A stretch of 64,000 bases of DNA from an uncultured Desulfarculus sp. (GTDB lineage Bacteria; Desulfobacterota; Desulfarculia; Desulfarculales; Desulfarculaceae): contig CAXXUK010000001.1 of NCBI GenBank assembly GCA_963665125.2, forward strand, positions 800,001 through 864,000, given 5' to 3'. The notes beneath the pieces were generated by a model. That model was not told the origin of the DNA. It did no database searches and saw nothing but the letters and a program-made list of their open reading frames with translations. The position numbers were made by a program, and so were the translations under genes. Within the stretch, counting starts at the first letter, position 1, and every line of letters starts with the position of its first letter. This document shows, in pieces, positions 59,267 through 64,000 of this stretch.

Positions 59267-59893
59267 ATGTCTAAGCAGGAGCAAGGACAGAAGAAGTCCC
59301 CCCCGGATTGGCTGCTGTTCGTGCTGGGTTTCGTGTTGGCATCAGCTTTTGGTTTCTGGCTGACGCCGACGATTCTCTACGCCGAAAAAACGCAGCCCAT
59401 TGATTTCTCGCACAAGGTGCATATCGAGTCTGCGGGAAGCAGTTGCGAAGACTGCCACTCCTTCCGCGATGACGGTTCCTTTACCGGGATTCCGTCGCTG
59501 GAAAAATGCATCGAGTGTCATGAAGATCCCATGGGTGAGGACATCGAAAACCCCAGGCACAAAGAAGCCGAGGCCAAGCTGGTGGAGTATGTTACCGCGG
59601 GTAAGCCCATTGAATGGTACGTGTACTCCAAGCAGCAGGACTGCGTTTTCTTCTCGCACATTGCGCATGTGGAGAAAAAAGGCTTGGAATGTGCCACATG
59701 CCATGGAAATCATGGTGAAACCGACAACCTCCGTCCCTACGTTTACAACCGCCTGACCGGTCTGAGCCGCGATATCTGGGGCTACAGCCAGTTGGGACTG
59801 GGCGGGCCTCCTGAGCGCATGAAGATGGACGATTGCGCGGCCTGCCACCGTGAAAACAACGTACACGATGCGTGCTTTGTTTGTCACAAGTAG
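59267..59893 (+). CDS. qrcA: Quinone reductase complex multiheme cytochrome c subunit
   Basis: N-terminal TM, QPIDFSH, five CxxCH motifs (CEDCH, CIECH, CATCH, CAACH, CFVCH). Confidence 0.9.
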   Translation: MSKQEQGQKKSPPDWLLFVLGFVLASAFGFWLTPTILYAEKTQPIDFSHKVHIESAGSSCEDCHSFRDDGSFTGIPSLEKCIECHEDPMGEDIENPRHKEAEAKLVEYVTAGKPIEWYVYSKQQDCVFFSHIAHVEKKGLECATCHGNHGETDNLRPYVYNRLTGLSRDIWGYSQLGLGGPPERMKMDDCAACHRENNVHDACFVCHK

Positions 59894-59923
59894 GCGGTTC
59901 AAGGATCTTGGGAGATAGCTCCA

Positions 59924-62050
59924 ATGGCTTTGGATAGACGATCCTTTGTCAAATTTGCAGTGGGCGGAGTGCTGGGACTACATTGCAGCCCGCTCGTCTG
60001 GAAATTGATGGATGACTCGACCATCTGGACTCAGAACTGGAACTGGGTGCCGGTGCCCGAAGAGGGCGCAGTGGCCTATGCCAGCACGGTCAACCCCGGT
60101 ACAGGCACGGTCCTGAAGGCCAGGATCATCCAAGGACGCCTCAAGGGCGAACGTTTGATTCGCCTAGAGGACAATTCAGATAACCCCCTTGGCGAGGGCG
60201 TGATCCCCGCCGACGCTTCGGCCTTGCAGTTGCTGTACAACCGTGAGATTCGCGTTCAGCAGCCCATGCTGCGCGACAAGCTCACCGGCGTGTACAAAAA
60301 TCTGAGCTGGGACGATGCGTTGGAAGTGCTGGCCGGTAAATTGGGCCAGCTTTCCGCCGCGGGCAAGACCGAGGCGGTGGCCTGCCTGGCCGGACCGGCC
60401 GGCGACGCCACGGCTGAAATCCTGGCCCGTTTCATGGCGGCCTACGATTCGCCCAACCTCGCCTTTTTACCCACCGCAAGCCAGACCATGGCCCTGGCAG
60501 CCGATAAGGTCTTCGGCCAGTCGGATATAGGTTTCGACCTGATCAACGCCGACTACGTGGTCTCCTTCGGCACTCCGCTGCTGGAAGGCTGGGGCGCGCC
60601 GGTTGCGGCCCGCGCCGCCTTTGTCAAATGGCGCGCCGACGGCGGCAAGCTGGTTCAGGTGGATACGCGTTGTTCGGTAACGGCCAGCCAGGCTGATCAA
60701 TGGATCGCCTGCAAGCCTGGCACCGAAGGCCTGCTGGCCCTGGCCATGGCCAAGGCCATCATCGACGCGGGCAAGGCCGCTGTCAGCGCTCCGGCCCTGG
60801 CCGACGGCGAGTTCGCCGCCGAAAAGGTGGCCGAGATCACCGGAGTCGAAGCCGAAGTAATCAAGGCAACGGCTCTTGCTCTGGCCGCCAGCAAGGCCGG
60901 CGTGGCCGTATGCGGTCCCGGCCCCGAAGGCGGACCCGGCCGTTTGCAGGACTTCCTGGCCGTGTTGGCCCTCAATGCCGTTGCCGGCAAGCTCGGCAAG
61001 CCCGGCGGTGTGGTGGCCCGCAAGGAGCCCGAACTGAAGGCCCTGGGCGGCAAGGTGTCCGGAAGCTCCAAGCCCGCGCTGACCAGAGGCATGTACGATC
61101 CCTATGCGTTGGCGGTCAACGCCTTGGCCGGTAAACCCTACCTGCCCGAGGTATTGATCCTGGCCGGCGGCAATCCGGTGTTCAACGGCCCGCAGGCCCA
61201 GGTTACAGCCAACCTGGCCCGCAAGGTTCCGTTCGTGGTGGCCATCACTCCGTACATGGACGAAAGCGCCGCGGTGGCGGATCTGATTCTGCCCGGCGCC
61301 CACTTCCTGGAGTGCTGGGGCGACATGCCCACTCCGTTCGGCAGCGCCACGGCCTTCTACGGCGTGCACAAGCCCCTGGTGGCAGGCGAGGCCCAGGCCA
61401 AGAGCGTGGGCGACGTGATCCTCGCTCTGGCGGCCAAGCTTGGCGGCAAGACCTTCGAGGCACTGCCCTATGAAAACCTCTTTGCCGCTCTCAAGGCCAA
61501 ATCGGCCGCGCTGGGCGACTTTGAGGAACTGACTACCAGCGGCTTCTGGGCTCAGGACAAGCCAAGCTATGGCGGACTCGGTTCGGCAAAGCTGGGCGGC
61601 ATCTCCTGGAGGGTCCCCGAGGCGGTTGCCCATGAGAGTCATCACGGATTGGTGATGCAGGGCATCCCCTCGTTGCGCACCACCTGGGGACGCGATCCCA
61701 TTACCCCGTATATGATCAAGATCCTCTACGACACCACTTTGGCCGATGTCCACAAGCTGGTGGTCGAGATCAACCCAGAAACTGCCCATCACATGCATTT
61801 GGCCGAAGGCGACGAGATCGAATTGACCTCGACCTTCGGCGGCATCCAGGCCAAGGTGCATCTGTTCGCGGGTGCCCAGCCGGGCATGGTGTTCGCTCCG
61901 GTGGGCCTGGGGCATACGGCCTTTGGCATGTTTGTCGGCGGCAAGGGTGACAACTTCAACCAGGCGGTTGAGGTGGTCAGCGATCCCGAAAGCGGCCTGC
62001 CCGACTGGCAGCTGACCCGCGTGGCCGTCCGCAAACTCGGAGGGCACTAG
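59924..62050 (+). CDS. qrcB: Quinone reductase complex molybdopterin-oxidoreductase-fold subunit
   Basis: Tat motif DRRSFVK, SPLVWKLMDDSTIWTQNW; no N-terminal Fe-S Cys motif. Confidence 0.9.
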   Translation: MALDRRSFVKFAVGGVLGLHCSPLVWKLMDDSTIWTQNWNWVPVPEEGAVAYASTVNPGTGTVLKARIIQGRLKGERLIRLEDNSDNPLGEGVIPADASALQLLYNREIRVQQPMLRDKLTGVYKNLSWDDALEVLAGKLGQLSAAGKTEAVACLAGPAGDATAEILARFMAAYDSPNLAFLPTASQTMALAADKVFGQSDIGFDLINADYVVSFGTPLLEGWGAPVAARAAFVKWRADGGKLVQVDTRCSVTASQADQWIACKPGTEGLLALAMAKAIIDAGKAAVSAPALADGEFAAEKVAEITGVEAEVIKATALALAASKAGVAVCGPGPEGGPGRLQDFLAVLALNAVAGKLGKPGGVVARKEPELKALGGKVSGSSKPALTRGMYDPYALAVNALAGKPYLPEVLILAGGNPVFNGPQAQVTANLARKVPFVVAITPYMDESAAVADLILPGAHFLECWGDMPTPFGSATAFYGVHKPLVAGEAQAKSVGDVILALAAKLGGKTFEALPYENLFAALKAKSAALGDFEELTTSGFWAQDKPSYGGLGSAKLGGISWRVPEAVAHESHHGLVMQGIPSLRTTWGRDPITPYMIKILYDTTLADVHKLVVEINPETAHHMHLAEGDEIELTSTFGGIQAKVHLFAGAQPGMVFAPVGLGHTAFGMFVGGKGDNFNQAVEVVSDPESGLPDWQLTRVAVRKLGGH

Positions 62051-62052
62051 TC

Positions 62053-62925
62053 ATGTATGATTTCAAAAAGATCTACCGCACTGAAGAGTCCCGCTACGGC
62101 ATGCTTATCAATATCGATAAGTGCACTGGCTGCGGCGCCTGTTCAGTGGCCTGCATGTCCGAAAATAACTCCGGCGTGCTGGAAGACGAGACCAACAAGA
62201 TCCGCTCCGTCACTTGGCTGCGGGTGTATCAGGTAGACAACGGCCAGGCCTTCCCCAAAACCGAGGTGGCCTTCTTCCCGCGTCCCTGTCAGCACTGCCA
62301 GGGCGGCAAGGTGGGCAACTACAAGGAAGGCTTCTTCTTTGAAGACCCGGACGCCCACGAAAACCATACGCCTTGCGTTTCGGTTTGCCCGGCCACGGCC
62401 ACGGACTATGACGAAAAAACCGGTATTGTCAGCCAGGTGCCAACCCGGTGCATCGGCTGCCGGTACTGTGTGGCGGCGTGTCCTTACCATGCACGTTATT
62501 TCAACTGGTATGACGTGCCATGGCCCAAGGGCAGCGAGCGCGCCTTGAGCCCGTTCGTCAGCCCGCGCATGCGCGGCGTCGTGGAAAAGTGCACCTTCTG
62601 CTTCCACCGCTACCAGCAGGCTCAAAACAAGGCCTTCAAGGACGGGGAAGAAAAAATCGCCGAGATGGATTACCAGACCGCTTGCACCGAGGCTTGTCCC
62701 TCCGGCGCGATCATGTTCGGCGATCTGAACAACCCGGACCACAAGGTGGGCCAGACCATCCAGCAATACCAAAAAGAAGGCCGCTTTGTCTTCAGGCTGC
62801 TGGAGCGACTGGGTACAAACACCAAGGTGTTCTACACCACCGAGCGTGAATGGGTCCGCCGCAAGGCTGACAACTTCATAAGTGACGAGGACTTTAAACA
62901 AGCATTGCCCGGCCAGAAAGGCTAG
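62053..62925 (+). CDS. qrcC: Quinone reductase complex Fe-S subunit
   Basis: CTGCGACSVAC, CQHC..CVSVCP, CIGCRYCVAACPY, KCTFC..ACTEACP. Confidence 0.92.
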   Translation: MYDFKKIYRTEESRYGMLINIDKCTGCGACSVACMSENNSGVLEDETNKIRSVTWLRVYQVDNGQAFPKTEVAFFPRPCQHCQGGKVGNYKEGFFFEDPDAHENHTPCVSVCPATATDYDEKTGIVSQVPTRCIGCRYCVAACPYHARYFNWYDVPWPKGSERALSPFVSPRMRGVVEKCTFCFHRYQQAQNKAFKDGEEKIAEMDYQTACTEACPSGAIMFGDLNNPDHKVGQTIQQYQKEGRFVFRLLERLGTNTKVFYTTEREWVRRKADNFISDEDFKQALPGQKG

Positions 62926-62957
62926 GCCGCTTAGGAGATTAGGTAGCGAGGTTACCC

Positions 62958-64000
62958 ATGTATGATTCCAGTTTCTGGCCAAAGGGCGTAACCCGTGGGC
63001 ACCCGGTGCTGTTCGTCTTCTGGCTGTTGATCTGCGGCGCCATACTGCAGTTCACCGGCATCGGCGCATTCCTGTGCCTGTGGAAGGGCCTCAACCAAAC
63101 GGGCATGAACGACTATTATGCCTTTGGTCTGTGGATCGTCATCGACTTGGCGGTCATTGCCCTGGGAGCGGGTGCTTTCTTCACGAGCTTCTTGAGCTAT
63201 ATCGTGAGGATCAAAGAGCTGAAAAATATCGTGGGTGTCGCCGTGTTGATCGGTTTCATCTGCTACACCGGCGCCATCATGATGCTGGGTATCGATATTG
63301 GTCAGCCCATCCGCGGCTGGTTCGGCTTCTGGCATGCCAACATCCACTCCATGCTCACCGAAGTTATGTTCTGTATCACCACTTACGCCATAGTGCTGAT
63401 TATCGAACTGCTTCCGGCGGTGCTGGAGAACCGGCAGATCGCCAAAGTGCCCGAATTCGGCACTTTCGCCCACAACCTGCACCGGATCATGATCGTGTTC
63501 GCCGGAACCGGTACGTTCCTGAGCTTCTTCCATCAGGGCTCTTTGGGCGGCATGTTCGGCGTGCTGTTCGCGCGTCCCTTTGCCTTCCGCGAGGGCTTCA
63601 TGATCTGGCCCTGGACGTTCTTCCTGTTCATTCTCAGCGCCATTGCAACCGGTCCTTCCTTCACCACCCTTTGCGTGATGATCACCGAGAAGGTTACCGG
63701 CCGCAAGCTGGTGCCCCACAAGACCAAGATGCTCATGGGCAAGATCAGCGGCCTGCTGCTGACCGCCTACATGGTGCTCAAGCTGGCCGACACCTACTAC
63801 TGGGCCAAGGTAATGGTTCCGGGAGTGGGCAGCTCTCTGGACGTTATGTACCAGGCTCCCTACGGCACGTGGCTGCTGTGGGCCGAACTCGGCGTCTGCG
63901 GCGTGCTGCCGGCCATCATGCTTCTGGTGCCGAGGGTGCGTCAAAGCTATGGCTTGCTGTTCCTGGCCATGCTGTTAAACTGTACAGGTATAGTGCTCAA
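62958..64000 (+). CDS. qrcD: Quinone reductase complex NrfD-family membrane subunit; runs off the right edge
   Basis: Not in the ORF track. From ATG 62958: GLNQTGMNDYYAFGLWIVIDLAVIALGAGAF, DIGQPIRGWFGFWHAN, LSFFHQGSLGG. Confidence 0.92.
   Translation, partial: MYDSSFWPKGVTRGHPVLFVFWLLICGAILQFTGIGAFLCLWKGLNQTGMNDYYAFGLWIVIDLAVIALGAGAFFTSFLSYIVRIKELKNIVGVAVLIGFICYTGAIMMLGIDIGQPIRGWFGFWHANIHSMLTEVMFCITTYAIVLIIELLPAVLENRQIAKVPEFGTFAHNLHRIMIVFAGTGTFLSFFHQGSLGGMFGVLFARPFAFREGFMIWPWTFFLFILSAIATGPSFTTLCVMITEKVTGRKLVPHKTKMLMGKISGLLLTAYMVLKLADTYYWAKVMVPGVGSSLDVMYQAPYGTWLLWAELGVCGVLPAIMLLVPRVRQSYGLLFLAMLLNCTGIVL

Overview
GC-rich chromosomal window from an anaerobic sulfate-reducer-type Desulfobacterota (delta-proteobacterial) genome, inferred from qrcABCD, HdrL/MvhD/MetVF, dfx/rbr/roo and the delta-type PurH. 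No prophage, CRISPR array or intact transposase is visible. The left part holds a partial glutamate decarboxylase, two hybrid sensor kinases, a Ski2/HelY-type helicase, tRNA-Asn, hrcA-grpE-dnaK running into an LpoA-like lipoprotein and a Liv-type ABC transporter, queC, and a PerR-led oxygen-defence operon. The right part (about 40-56.7 kb) is a C1/redox cluster: nfnAB divergent from an RnfB-GltD fusion, an FdhB/FlxC-like subunit and a selenocysteine formate dehydrogenase, then fhs, then HdrL, Sec-MvhD, MetV and MetF. The window ends in qrcABCD. Main leads: (1) a consensus sigma54 promoter followed by an unannotated, heavily structured 250-320 nt RNA with tandem AGGGA hairpin loops upstream of the helicase; (2) an rnfB fusion without other rnf genes heading a Sec-FDH operon; (3) an HdrBC-less HdrL-MvhD-MetVF module; (4) a 300-bp nested-palindrome element; (5) a Tgs1-like methyltransferase. 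All family calls are from motif recognition by eye; no database search was run.
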